64,000 nt of DNA from Eledone cirrhosa (Eukaryota): the NCBI GenBank assembly GCA_964016885.1, contig OZ024740.1:143344001-143408000 (forward strand), written 5' to 3'. The position numbers and the translations under genes were made by a program. The notes below the pieces were generated by a model. It worked only from the letters and a program-made list of their open reading frames with translations, had not been told where the DNA came from and did not search any database. Position 1 is the first letter of the stretch. The number at the start of each line of letters is the position of its first letter. Positions 39,829 to 53,849 of the stretch are shown here, piece by piece.

Positions 39829-40689
39829 TATTGACACAACTCACACACCAATACTCATGCATACAAACCACAACCACACATACCAACACTCATTCATGCA
39901 TACAATCACACACACCACTCTCAAACACTCTCAAACTCTCAAACACATATATATATATACATATATTACCGACAGTACTGATACAAATACTGAAATAACT
40001 ATTTAAAAGATCTTTTGTTTACTCTACGTTAACAGGGCAGAGATCAAGGAATTTCAGTAATTCTTTGTTTGCAAATAATCCAAAAGAAACTGTTCTCAAA
40101 ATAAAACAATGCCAAGGGTGAGACAAAACATGTCTGGTTGACTAAAAAAAATAAGATCATTATCATCATCATTTTATGTCTGCTTTTCACGCTGGCGTGG
40201 ATTAGGCAGGTTGTCGTAGTCTGAGACCAGATGGGTCAGAACAATCAATCTTGCTTATTACATTCCATATTTGGTTTGGTTTCTACAGTTTGATGCTCTT
40301 CCCCTTACATGGTGTACTGGGTGCATTTTATCATGGCACCAGTGCTGTCCTCTCAAACCTTATCTTTGTCTCTGTTCAATTGCCAAACACTTTTAGTGTC
40401 GCAGTGCTTGTGCTGGTGAACAACTCTTTTGTATTATAGCATATCTCCAGTCAGCTTGGTTGTTCATTATCTCCTTAGTGGAGAGTTTTCCTTGGTCTCC
40501 TTCTTCAAGCCCTTGGCACTTTTTCATACAATTCTCCTTTTCCTTGTTCATTGCATTCATCACATGATGCTTAGCCTAGTGACCTTTACGTTGTTTGAAG
40601 CACATCTAGAATGCTTCTTCCAAAATGGCTCTCAGCTTCACCGTTGTAGTTTGCATGATATCCTCTCAGCTTTCTAAGCAAGAGCTTTT

Positions 40690-41640
40690 AAGTAGCATTT
40701 TTATTTTGGGAAACACCAGAAGTCATAAGGAGCTATATCTAGAGAGTAGGGAGCATGATAAATGAGCGAAATGCTTTTCTTGGCCAAGAAACCTCAAATC
40801 AGCTGTAATTAATTTATCAAGATGTTGTCATGATGCAGTTGCCAGTTTTGTGAAACCTGTAGATCAAAGTGTCTTGCTCCAAACTGCATTATTAATATGT
40901 CAGAGGACTTCCTGATACAACTCCTTTGTAACTGTTTGTCCTAGTATGTATTCATGATGTACACTGCCCCAGTAGCCAAAGAAAATAGTCAGCATCACTT
41001 AATTTTGCTTCACACCTGATATGCTTTTTTGGGCCTTGGCAACATTGGCTGCTTCAATTGTGATGACTGAACTTTGGATTCCAGGTTGTACCCATATGCT
41101 CATATCTCGTCTCTAGTTATCACAATATTCAGGAACTCAAAATCCTTGTTAGCAGTATCCAGCAGGTCCAGTGCAACTTCAAGATGAAGTTTTGTTGCTC
41201 CCGAGAAAGCAACTTGGGCACAAATTTTGCTGCTATTCTGCACATGACCAAATCCTTTCTTAAAATTGCATATGCAGAATTTTTACTGATCACAGCCTTC
41301 ATCACAAATTTCCCACACTGTCAAATGATGATTCTTCATTATCAAGTTCTGCACTTTCTCAATAATAACTGCCTTTCGACCTGTTCTACCATTAGTAACC
41401 TGCATGTTGAATTTTACAAATTATTTCTGCTTGGATATATTTTGGAGAAAAATTTGATACAAGCTCATTGCTGTTCTGTCAGCATGAACAAAATTGAAAT
41501 GGCTCAACAAAAATCATGCAGCTCCATTTTGCATGCTTTTGTCTCCCTAACATCACTACTTCTCACAAGAAAAAATAAGTGTGATATGGTTTTGACAAAC
41601 ATTACATATAGTTTCATAATATTCATACAAATTTTGATAA
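40690..41640 (-). mobile_element. Mariner-like transposase remnant
   Basis: Minus strand near 41060-41125 reads VITRDEIWAYGYNLESKVQSSQ (mariner TGDETWVY.YDPE.K.QS motif). Decayed. Confidence 0.65.
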
Positions 41641-41672
41641 CTCATTTTGTTATTCATTTTTGTTAATTTCAG

Positions 41673-41740
41673 GTCACTGCAAAGACATAAGGAATGCTTA
41701 AAGACTTTTTAAATAAAGACTTTTTAAATAACTGTGTTTT
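41673..41740 (+). other. Candidate terminal 3'-UTR exon of the Ig-like gene
   Basis: Strong acceptor tttttgttaatttcag|gt with AATAAA ~40 nt downstream. A downstream exon is implied by the donor at 35892. Confidence 0.4.
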
Positions 41741-41822
41741 AGTTACTCTCAATTCTTGAATAATCTGGTATGGGTGTCCCGTTTACTTGTTCCAGCCATC
41801 CGGCTGAGGCGACCGCAGATTA

Positions 41823-41925
41823 TCTATATCTATATACTACTAAAACTCTGTGATTGCTTGCTTGCCTGTAATACATTACAAAAAAGCTGAAGTGAACGTG
41901 ACCCAACGGTTCACGGGTGGTCTAG
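41823..41925 (+). mobile_element. Mini Helitron
   Basis: 5' TC(tatatctatatactactaaaa), hairpin cgtgacc-caac-ggttcacg, 3' CTAG, A^T site. Confidence 0.7.
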
Positions 41926-43290
41926 TATAATATAAAAGAGAGATATTTATTAGTTGGTTGAATCACACAAAAACTACACATACATCTAAAGAAAGAGAGA
42001 GATAGGCCATTATACAGTGAGAGATACAAGTGTTAAATATTCAGAGAGAGAGAGTGACATCCCACAAAAGTATAGAATCGGCTTAAACTATAGATGCTTT
42101 GATCCATAAGAAGGTTTAACAATATTGCATTAGCTTTTATAAAGTAGTTTTACAGTCTTTGATTTTACAGAACAAAGAAAAATTGATATTTGAAATTAAT
42201 CTACCCTCCAGCTTGTATCCATATACTACTTACAGTCTGTACTAACGGAGCAACACTTCAGAAGCAATGGTGCGTTTCAGATGACGTCCTTTGGAGCTGA
42301 AAAAGATCATACTGACTGGTTATTTCACATTTAAAATCCAAGGCCAATGCTACCATTTAATCAGCAGTTTACTCCTCCATCTAATCCATGCTAGCGTGGA
42401 AGAACGGACGTAAAACGGTGATGATGATGATGATGATCTACACAGTTTTGGTTACTAATTATCATCTGCAGTAGCATTTAATATCCACTTTCCATGCTTG
42501 TGTTGGTTAGACAGATTGTCACGTTATGAGACAAGACAGGTCAAGTAACCAGGACTGGATTTAGACCATGGGGGTACCCCCTTCCTTACACAAAATGCAA
42601 AAAACTGACCAATAATACATAAATATAATAGAGATACATACATAGACATTAAATGGAAATATACATAATATATACACAATAGGTAAATGTTAAATATTAT
42701 ATATAAATGTAGACATATTAGTGTCAGAGCTGGTACAAAGATTTTCGCATATATGTACTAGAGGTTTTGGCCAAAGCGTATCAAACCACCATAATGTGGT
42801 TAAATGCATCTATCAATGAAAATCTATCGTTGCCTAAACTAAGTACAGTAAGTTATATCTACATATTCAGAACACTGCTCTCTACATCCTGTAGGGAGAG
42901 AGCACTTAGTATTTTGTGGGTCATAATGATTGTCAGTTAAATCTTTATGAGTGCTAATTTGCTGAATGATCTCTCTCCTGAACTCTTTACTATCAAATAT
43001 ATCATAAGAACTATATCAACACTTGGAAAGGTATCAGCAAGCCAATCATAGAGTAACACTGCCTGTTGAGATGGCATGAGACATGACCTGAAAGTTTTAA
43101 TCAAGGAATTGAATATATTTTAACCATAAACCCTGTAATTTTGACATGTACTATATTTCTAATCTGAAGAGAATGATGCATTCATCCCACAGAAAGATGA
43201 GCCTTTGTAATTTAAACTTGTATAAGGAAGAAAAAAGGGAATAAAAAGAAAATTTATTGTATATAAACTTTGTTGCACTTACTGACATTA

Positions 43291-43630
43291 CATCATCATC
43301 ATCATTTTACGTCCGCTTTTCTCTGCTTGCAAGGGTGGGACAGGAACTGATTCTGGCTTGATTTCTACAGCTGGATGCCCTTCCTAACACCAACCTCATT
43401 TACAGTGAGTGCTGGGTGCTTTATTGCCATGGCACCTCCAAGACCACTTTGCAGTGGAATGATATGGACCCCAGTCCCTATCATCTCATTTCTACAGCTG
43501 AGTAAACTGGAGCAATGTGAAATAAAGTGTCTTGCTCAAGGAAACAACACATCACCCAGTCTGTGAATTGAACTCACAACCTTATGATTGCAAGGCCAAT
43601 GCTCTAACCACTAAGCCATGTGCCTCCATT
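43291..43630 (-). mobile_element. SINE family B copy
   Basis: Reverse complement of 4903-5202, including the tRNA head and RTE tail. Confidence 0.88.
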
Positions 43631-44243
43631 ACACATGTTTAAATTTTAGAATATAGGCCTTGTTTTGAGCAAAGTATGAGATTTCTAAAAAAAAACATCC
43701 CTAAACTAATAAAAAATGAAAATCTGCAGTTCAAACACAGCATCAAAGTTTCAAATCCTTTTGAGAGATGTCTGGGAGAAATAGAGACAGATTTACCACA
43801 GTATTTAAGTAGTTTATTCTCACCTCCACTCTAGAAGAGAGATTTTTCAATGTTCTTTATACGTTCATAGCAGACAGTTCTCCATTTTCCAGTCAGCAGC
43901 TAGGGCTTCAAACGAAGTAAGATATGTTCCCTGATTTAAAATTGTACTTCAGTTTGTCTTTTTATCTGAATAATAGTCTGCTTACATTACTTGCACCATT
44001 ATGAAGTTGACTGTATAACAGTACCTTGGGTGTGCTGTCGTCAATCATACATAGAACATGACCAGCCCATATATATATATGTGTATAATCATTGATATAT
44101 ATGTATACTGAACCTTAAGGACATTAAAGCACATGTATATAGAGTGGGTCTGCAGTGCTGAGACCGGGGAGTCCACTAATCATGAGAGTGTATATATATA
44201 TATTTATATTTGAAAAGGGAGTAAGGTTCTATACAAAACAGGT

Positions 44244-44688
44244 TATAGAGAAAAAGTAGGATTGGAAACAGCACAGGAAATAAATTTAAAGAATCTGGGT
44301 TTTTTTTACTTCTTTGATCCGTCAATTTGAAAAATGAGAACAATTTGAAAAAAAGGAGTTTTATAATGTATATAGAATATGACCGGTTCCGATGTATTGT
44401 AATATTGAATATTACAATTTAAAAGTAAGTGTTGAAGAAGGTCTGTTCATTTTTCTTGTTGGAAAGATGAAGAGACCTTCAAAACTTAATTTTTAATTGT
44501 AATATTCAATATTTGATAAGATGGATTACATAGATACATCGAAACCGGTAATATTTTATATATTCTATATACATTATAAAACTCTTTTTTAAAAGAATTG
44601 TCCCTCTCATTTTTTCAATAATGACGGATCTAAGAAGAAGAAAAAAAACAGATTCTTTAAATATATTTTCCGTGCTTTTTCCAACCCT

Positions 44689-44700
<12 letters not shown>
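44244..44700. repeat. Imperfect inverted repeat (~180-bp arms), Penelope pLTR-like, with decayed hammerhead
   Basis: 44244-44420 is the reverse complement of ~44495-44700. aatat TTGATAA gatg...catc GAAA ccgg TA atatt at 44508-44555. Confidence 0.75.
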
Positions 44701-44759
<59 letters not shown>

Positions 44760-44764
<5 letters not shown>

Positions 44765-45972
44765 ACTAAAGTTCTAGTTTGTAAGAAATAAAATAAGGCG
44801 GCGGTCCCTTCCGGGAAGTGGCCATGCTCAGTGTGTAGGAAAGGCGTAGGTAGAAACTCCATTTTGTGTCCCAAATGCAAAGTATGAGTGCATAAAAGAT
44901 GTAGTGGGATCACAGGTAAGCTAACTAAGAACATAGATTTTACATGCGGCTGGTGCAATAAGTAGCAGCAAGTGCCCACAAAATACTAGCTCTTTCAACT
45001 GCGCAGAGGGTTCTATAGAAATAGTGGACAGCTTCCGTTACCTGGGTGACAAAATCAGCAGTGGGGGAGGGTGCTCTGAAAGTACAGTAGCTAGAGTCAG
45101 AACTGGATGGAAAAAGTTCACAGAGCTTATACCACTATTAGCCGCTAAAGGGTTCTCCCTAAAAATGAAAGGCAGGTTGTACGATGCCTGCATACGAACA
45201 GCAATGTTGCATGGCAGTGAGACCTGGGCATTGTGTGCAGAGGATATACGCAGACTAGAGAGAAACGAAGCTTGCATGCTCCGCTGGATGTGTAATAGTA
45301 ATATACGTGAACGGCAAAGCATAAACGAACTAAGGAAAAAATTAGAAATAAGAGGGATCAAATGTTGTTTACTCGAGAGAAGGCTACGTTGGTATGGTCA
45401 CGTGATGCGCATGAAGGACGATAGCTGTATAACAAAGTGCAGGGCAATAAAGATAGACGGTAGCCACGGAATAGGCAGACCCAGAAAAACCTGGGACGAG
45501 CTGATAAATTCCGACCTCACACACTTACACCTCACCAAGACAATGTCACTGGACCGAGACCTTTGGCGGTACTCAGTAATAGAGAAGACTCGCCTTACCT
45601 AAATACAAAGTAAAACCTACTACAGTCAGTAGGCATCTCTAACAAAATACACCCCCACCCCATCCACACCGCCCCTTTCAATGTAAAGTTATGTTGGTGC
45701 CACAACATCCAGGCCGAAACAAATGAGATCGTGTAGTGTCACGTCAAAAAACACACAGTTCACGCTGTAATGTGGCCGTGTAGGCAACACGGTAAAAACC
45801 TCCCAGCCCCACTGTAAATGTGGTTGGTGTTAGGAAGGGCATCCAGCTGTAGAAAACCCGCCAGATAGTCCTATGTGAGCAAGATAATCACTCTTGCCTC
45901 AAGTGGGAAAACCCCCGTCCAAACCCATGCAAGCGTGGAACACGGACGTTAAACGTTGATGATGATGATGAT
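44760..45972 (+). mobile_element. 5'-truncated RTE LINE
   Basis: KWPCSVC finger, 192-aa C-terminal ORF, 3' UTR and (atg)n tail. Confidence 0.92.
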
Positions 45973-47805
45973 ATATATATAATGTGTATGTAGGTACACA
46001 TTCTTAGTAGACAAGCCAGTATATTATATACACTCAACCTTAAATATCTTGTCGTTTAAGTGAAGTTTTGCTGAATTTTTGTGACAACACTGGTGTTATA
46101 TACATTGTTAAAAACAACTCTTGTATGTCTAAAAGATAAAGTCAAATTATCACAAAAGATACATTCCCTCTAGTACAGAGCCATCCACATGTAGTAGGAA
46201 TACCCAGTTGGAAATCTATGGTACACTGACTTTCATAGGTGGTTTATTTTCATTGAAGTGCATCTTCCCCCTTTAAATCAATGATAATTTCAATTAGATA
46301 GTGTTTATAATTTTCAAAAAAACAAATTAGTAAAAAGGAGACAAAGAAAAAATAAGAGGTGCCAAATTATCCATTTTGCAGGACTAAGCAATAATTTACT
46401 TGAAGGAGATGAAGAATTTAGACACAAAGCCAGAAATTCTGGGAAAAGGGAAACTTAATTCAAAACAGCCCCAGTAATTGACTGATACTATATTTTATCA
46501 ACCTCTGAAAGATTTGAACTTGGAATGTAAAGAGCGAGAACAAATAATGGTTTCTTTATTTATTTATTTATTTATTGTTTAATAATGCAAAGCATTTTGT
46601 CTGATGCGCTAATGATTCTGTCAATGTACTGTCTTAGCTATAAAGATGTTATAATGTGTATAAATAATAGAATTATGTCCCTCTTTAAGAAAACAAGAAT
46701 AGTATAAAAGTAAAAACCCAATTTATATAATAAATATGATTTTCAAAAGAAACAAATCAATAAAAATCAGTCAATGAAAAATAACAGAAAGCACACTTAA
46801 TGACAAACTACAACATAAAATGCTGGTATTGCCCTCTAAAAATGTTTGAGGCAAGCCAAGACAGCATTACTGAGAGTGATAGTGAGGCTAAGATGCTGGA
46901 ATAGCCAAGTGTCCTTATGAACATCATCTGATAATTAACTGTCAACGGCCCAGCTTCCCTTAACATTCTCAAATGTTACAAGCTAAAAATGTCATTCACT
47001 GATAAATCACAGTATTTCAGTAATTCATTCTGTTTATGAAAAGATATAACAACATTAGAAGATATTTCCTTGTGACTTTTATGAACAGTATAATACTTTT
47101 CAAATTGAAATGGTTGATATGTTATATTTGAAAACCCAGAGTCGACAGTTACATGTGATATAAAGAAAATTAAAGATTTAATGAACATAAGTAATTTGAA
47201 ATTGCTAATCAATATTAATTCTATTCTCCACCACAATCTGAAGTCAGTGATTAATCAGATTGTAATAATACATGTCTATGTATTTAGTTTTGTTTTAGAT
47301 CTTTTATCTAAAAATATTTTAATATATCTTTTGTAGTAACTTGTGTTTGGGTGACACTTCATCTGTAGTAAGACTATCCAAGCAGTTAAATATTTAATAA
47401 CTTTTGAGAGAGAAACACTTTAGAAATGTTTACCAGTATTATTAGGCTTCCATTAGCAGAAACTAACTTTTCTATATAATCATACATAATAGTTTAGAGA
47501 ATGATCTAAAATAAGCTTATTGATTTATCTCATTGTTTAATCACTAATTTCAAATTTTGTAGCTTTGGTTAGATGTTCTACATATTAAATGATAATATAA
47601 TAATTTAAGAGTAAACCAGATTTATTAAAATTACAGGTTACTAAAATTTATTCTAAAAGAGTGATGCAGTAAAAATTAATGATTCAGAGCCTCACAGCTG
47701 AGATGACAAAAGGTTGAGGAAATGTGGTGATATCATTTAAGACAGATATGTCTAACTAATACTATTGATGTAGTCATTCTTCTGTAGTAATACAGACATG
47801 TGTAG

Positions 47806-48342
<537 letters not shown>

Positions 48343-48959
48343 CTAATATGTTTTCTTTTAGCACAACATGGATACTTTTTTTGTTCTCTTTCTTATATAT
48401 TATTGTGTTAATGAAAATATTCCTCCTACTGTATTTTCAACAACTGGTTTTTGTTGACATTTGAAGATGGTTACAAAAACTTTTACAAGTTTAATTAGAA
48501 TGCATAATCATTTTGTATACATTTCCAGACTGTAGAAGGGAAATGTTGCTATTAATCCCTGAGTAGAAAATATTTCATTGTAATTCTACCAGAGATTTAT
48601 ATAAACAGGGCTATATCTTCCTTTAGTCTTTAAATGATAAATATTGATGATGTATCTCAAATACCAAAAAATTCTGTTATGCCAATATCATCTGAAATTC
48701 TGAAATAATAGAAAAACAGAATAAGATATAAAAGATACTGAAAGTGAAGATTTAACAGTGAAAATGTTACTACATTTCTCATTTCTAATGAATATATTAA
48801 TAAACTGTAGATATAAATAAATATATTAATAAACTGTAGATATAAATCTTTAACTGAACAATTGAACTTTACTTTTTAATTTATTACAAAAATTACATCA
48901 TACAATTTTGTTTAGTGTTTACATATTTGTAGACTACCGCTACACCTTCAGATAGTGTA

Positions 48960-49105
48960 ACATTATATGGGTTACGTCCCTTTATGATCTGAGTTCAAAT
49001 CCTGCCGAGGTTAACTTTGCCTTTCATCCTTACGGGATCAATAAAATAAAGTACCCGTAATACACTGGGTAATTGCTGGCCTTGTGCCAAAAGTAGAAAC
49101 AATTA
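48960..49105 (+). mobile_element. SINE family A copy
   Basis: Same body as 1339-1451. Confidence 0.85.
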
Positions 49106-50439
49106 TATATATTTCTGAGTGTATCTAATTTAGAACAGGTACACAGTATCTCTGCATGTCATAAGAGGAAACTAAAGAGAGTTGGCCCCGGGAAGAGCAT
49201 CCAGACATAAAACATTGCCATAAGTATGAAACCTGTCATGGAGCCCACATAGCTAAACTCTGCTCTAGAACATCACCAAATAGGAGTCACATGATCATTG
49301 GCAAGCTTGGTGCAGTTTTTTCTTCTTTAAAGATTGTTTTTAGTATTCATTTCCAAAACAAACTAGTCTCATGTACTTTTAAAATTTTCATTTGTAAGGC
49401 AAGTAGCAAACATGGAGAATTAAGTAGATGTATATCTTCCACTCATTTATTTGAAAATCTTTGAATATTTTCCATAATGCTGGCTCTATTCCTAGCTAAT
49501 TTTGTAGCAATTGAATTTGTTACACTTTGAGAATTTCTTCGCCATCACTACAAATTGTCCAACCCATACCAGCATGGGAAATGGACATAAAAATTATGAT
49601 GATATTATAAAATATACTGTTGGTGGGTTATCACACTAATACATCACCTTTTCTGTGTAAAAATATTTATAGGTATATAAAATATTTCTTTTCATGGAAT
49701 GAATTTTGACAATACAGCAACACATACTACTTGAATTTTGGTAAATACTAGATATATCAATGAAAAATGAATTGAACAAAATTATGAATGACGTAGTGCT
49801 TTTATCTCAACACAGGAGATTATGAATATAGATACTTTCTCATGTAAGGAATATTTGAAGCAACGTTTTTTGGTTGTTGAAGAGGATGATAAACACGACA
49901 AATACAATAATTTGGGTTAGATATATAAAGTTTGATGGTAGCACTCACAAATGAATACAGTGTTTAAAAAAGGCTTCTGTGTTGTGCTGGAGAATCTTGT
50001 TTAATATGCTACATTGATTGCAAAGTGACAAGTTGTAGTCAGACAGTATTAGCATCTGTGTGTTAAGGCCACAGGACAGCCTATTTATAATGATGGCTAG
50101 TCATTTTTGATAAATAACAGATAGTTCTAGGATATGTTCTCCTTCATAGGAATGGTGCTGTAAAATTTAGCCTCTGGAGAATTTATCTGTTGTCTTCTCT
50201 GTGAGGTCGCAGGTCACTTCTTGGTGGCCGTGTCTGTAAGAGATTACCAGGGGAAAATATTTCTTTCGCTACATGTTGATAAAATTATTAGATTAGAGCA
50301 CAGAAAAAGATCAAAATTCATTTAAAAAATTAGATATATCCATGAGAAAAAAGGAAAGTTTCCTCTAAACAACAAAAATTAAGTATTAAGCTGGCTGTGC
50401 TGTATTTGTCACATCCAAGATGTTGGCATTAATACAGTT

Positions 50440-50830
50440 AGCCTTCTCTATGTATGCATAAATCTAATTATGTGATTTATATGAGAGAATGATTTACCAC
50501 AGATGTCAGTGATGTGGCTTCTCTCCTGTATGAATGCATTTGTGAGTAACAAGAATGATCCCCCACAGATATCAACAATATGGTTCCTCACCTGTATGAA
50601 TACGCCTACGATTAGTTAAGTGACCAGTTTCAGAGAATGATTCCTTACAGATATCACAGTGATATGTATTTCCTCCTGTATGAATACATTTGTGTTATTA
50701 TTTATTTTAAAGAATGATTTACCACAGATTTCACTGATATAATTTCTCATTTGTATGAATATGTTTGTGTTTAAACAGGTTACTTTTTCAGAGACGTATG
50801 TTTTATAAATATAACATTGGCATGATGATT
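50440..50830 (-). pseudogene. Second, more decayed C2H2 zinc-finger pseudogene
   Basis: Repeated HTGEKP/ICGKSF remnants with frameshifts. Its upstream flank (50822-51150) is homologous to 48272-48600. Confidence 0.82.
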
Positions 50831-51419
50831 TTCCTATCTCTATCGGTATGTCTTCTGAAAAGAAACAATCCTTTAAGTTTCTCATTGAATTAATTTTCAT
50901 ATAATTTCCTTTTCCTACCACAACATTTGGATGTTTTTCTTGTTTTCTTTTTTATATATTCCTACAGTGATGGAAATATGTTTATGAATTGTGTTCTTTG
51001 TCGGTATCTGAAGATGTTTGCAAACTACTTTGTAAATCTATCACAGTTCAATTAAAATGCAAAATCATTTTGAACTGTAAGAAAAGAAATGTTGCTTTTA
51101 ACCTCAGTTTAGAAAAATATTTCACAGTATTTCTACTAGAGATTTATATACCTGTCGTGTATAGCATCTTCTTAAAGTCTTCACAAGATGGTATGTATTA
51201 ATAATTTCAGAATTTTGAACTTCTCAGAGGAAATGAGCAATGAGTGCAACAAGTGGTGAGATGTTTTGGAGAGGAGAAACCAAAGCCATGGAAGCATGGA
51301 AAAGCAGACTTAAAAATGATGACAATATATACATGATTGGTTCCATTGTATGGCACCTGGGGGAGGTATCTCCTACTATAACTCCACGATGACCAATGCT
51401 TTGAGAGTAAATTTGCTAG

Positions 51420-52505
51420 ATAGAACTGCATGGGAAGAAATTAGTTTGCCCCAAGTCGACCCAACAGAGAAACCGGTTGTGCAAGTTAACAGTAGTATAG
51501 TAAGTAAGGCAATCAAGGATATGAAGACAGGCAAAGCAGCTGGACTTTCCAGGGTAGTTGCCAATGGGTCACACCATAGTCACCTGTATTATAAACCAGG
51601 TACTACAAAACAGTGTCATAACCAATGACTGGCATAGCAGCACCATTGTCAACTGCTACAAGGGCAAAAGAAATGCTCTAGACAGAGAAAACTATAGAGG
51701 CATTAAGTTAGTTGACCAGGTTATGAAGGTCACAGAAAGAGTTATTGCACAGCTGATTAGGGACTGAATTAACCTAAATGAAATGCAGTTTGGATTTGTA
51801 AGGCAACTACAGAAGTACCTAGCTAAAAGCAAACCCATTTACTTAGCTTTTGTTGACTTGGAGAGAGCCTTTGACAGAGCATTCCGCTCCATTATATGGT
51901 GGGCTCTTAGAAAACTTGGTGTTGATGAATGGCTTGTGAGAGCTATACAAGCCATGTATAAAGAAAACTAGGAGTAGATGAGTGGCTTGTGAAAGCCATG
52001 TATAGAGGGAAAGTCAGCAAGGTTTAGAATTAACAATGAATATTGTGAAGAATTTAGTGTAAAAGTAGGTGTTCATCAAGGCTACGTCCTTAGCCCCCTC
52101 CTGTTTATTATTGCCCTACAGGCTATAACAGAAAAGTTTAAGACTGGCTGCTCATGGGAACTTCTATATGTAGATAATTTAATTCTCATAGCTGAATCTG
52201 TGGCAAAACAAGAGAAGAAATTCCAAACCAAATAAAGTTAACTTGTCTAGTATGTAGAAAGGAAAATAGGGCCCAGATTCCCTCTGGGAAATAGCCTTGT
52301 TCAATACACAGGAAAGGAGTAGGTAGAAATTCCATTCTATGTCCCAAATGTAAACTATGGGTACATAAAAGGTGTAATGGGATCACAGGCAGGCTATCAA
52401 AGAACAGGTTTATATGCAGCCGATGCACTAGTGCAGTAAGTAGCAAATGCCCACAGGATACTATCTCCTTCAACCTCCCAGATGGTTCTATAGAAATAGT
52501 GGACA
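51420..52505 (+). mobile_element. RTE LINE internal remnant
   Basis: NYRGIKLVDQVMKV, FVDLERAFDR and GVHQG fragments. Confidence 0.88.
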
Positions 52506-53849
52506 ATAGGTGGAGAATGAGAGGTCGGAGGCTGACATAGTCGTTCCACCAAGCAGGTCTCTTGGTCGTTCGACGCATGCCACCGCCACCTAAAGTGGAC
52601 TAGGTTAAAGTGGTGGCAACTTTAGTAATTGGTAATCGCCGGTGATAGTTCGGTCGAAACATCGGCCACCGGCGGGTTGAACGAATACCTAGGTGGGCTG
52701 TGCACGAGGACGAAGTAAGGGGTGAGCAAGGGGAGGGATAGAAAGTGGAGAAGGGGTGAGAAGATTATGAGTGCGTGGAGATGAGTGTGGTCATGTGAGA
52801 GACAGTTAAATACAGTGGGAGAGAAAGCACTGAACATGCAAAGAGAAGGAAAATAAAAAGGCTAGAAATACAAACTCTAAGGCTGTGAGTTTGCGTAATA
52901 GTTCGCATGGGTAAATCCGCAGTAAAAACCGAAATTGTGAGTTTGTGTAAAAAATAAAAAAATAAAAAAAACACATGGGCAAGACTTCAGTAAAATCAAA
53001 ACCTGAATGATAGTGACACAAGATGTTTACAATTACAGAGTGATTACATTACTGGACCTGAATTCTATCAAGTGGTCAAAGCTTCTAATTCTGTGAAATA
53101 GAATGGAAGTCTGGATTGACCTTTCAGTCACACCTGACTATAAATAGATTCAGGTTATTTGAAGAGGGAGATGGGATGGTGCCATGTGTAATCTCTTCTT
53201 GTGAAGCTAGTGGTAGTTCCTCGCCATTTATAATTATTTATTTTTATTTTATATTTAGGGGGTTTGTATTTGAAAAATTGTAAGTGTATGTTAAGGAGGA
53301 ATGTATAATTGTGTGATACAATTGCTCCAGGTTGGTTCCCTGCGTTGTTACCACAACCATTCCTTTAAAATTTTTTTTTTTTCCTCCGAAGATCTGTTGT
53401 TCTCTGTCTGAATTTCTGGATTTGTTTTTTTCTTTCCAGCGTGGTGGGGAAAATAAGGTGTTTCAGATATATACAAGTACAAATTCCAAATATAAAATGA
53501 CGATAACTTATATATATCAATGTGATTGATTTCTTGTTTTTGGTGGGTAGTCGCACGTGGCTGTATGTGTTGCTTATGTTGACTTTGTTTGAAAGTAATC
53601 AAGAATTTGGAAGGATTTAATTAAACAACCTCTCCAATATCTAAAAACAGATTTGTTAATTCACATATATATAGTATGTTTAATAATGGAGAGATCCCTG
53701 TGGAAATTTCACTAAACTAAAGACTAGTTTTTAATGTGGTGCAGCCATAGTGAGGGGTTTTTTTTTTCTCTCGCGTATATATTTTTTATGTTGCAGATAT
53801 ATAATCCACATTTTCCAAAATGCAGATTACGATTATAATTCTTATATAT

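Noticed and set aside
52506-53020. Possible Gypsy 3' end/LTR (RRTTKRPAWWNDYV; tgtcac start on the minus strand)
   Set aside because: Too short, and there is no second LTR, PBS or PPT to confirm it.
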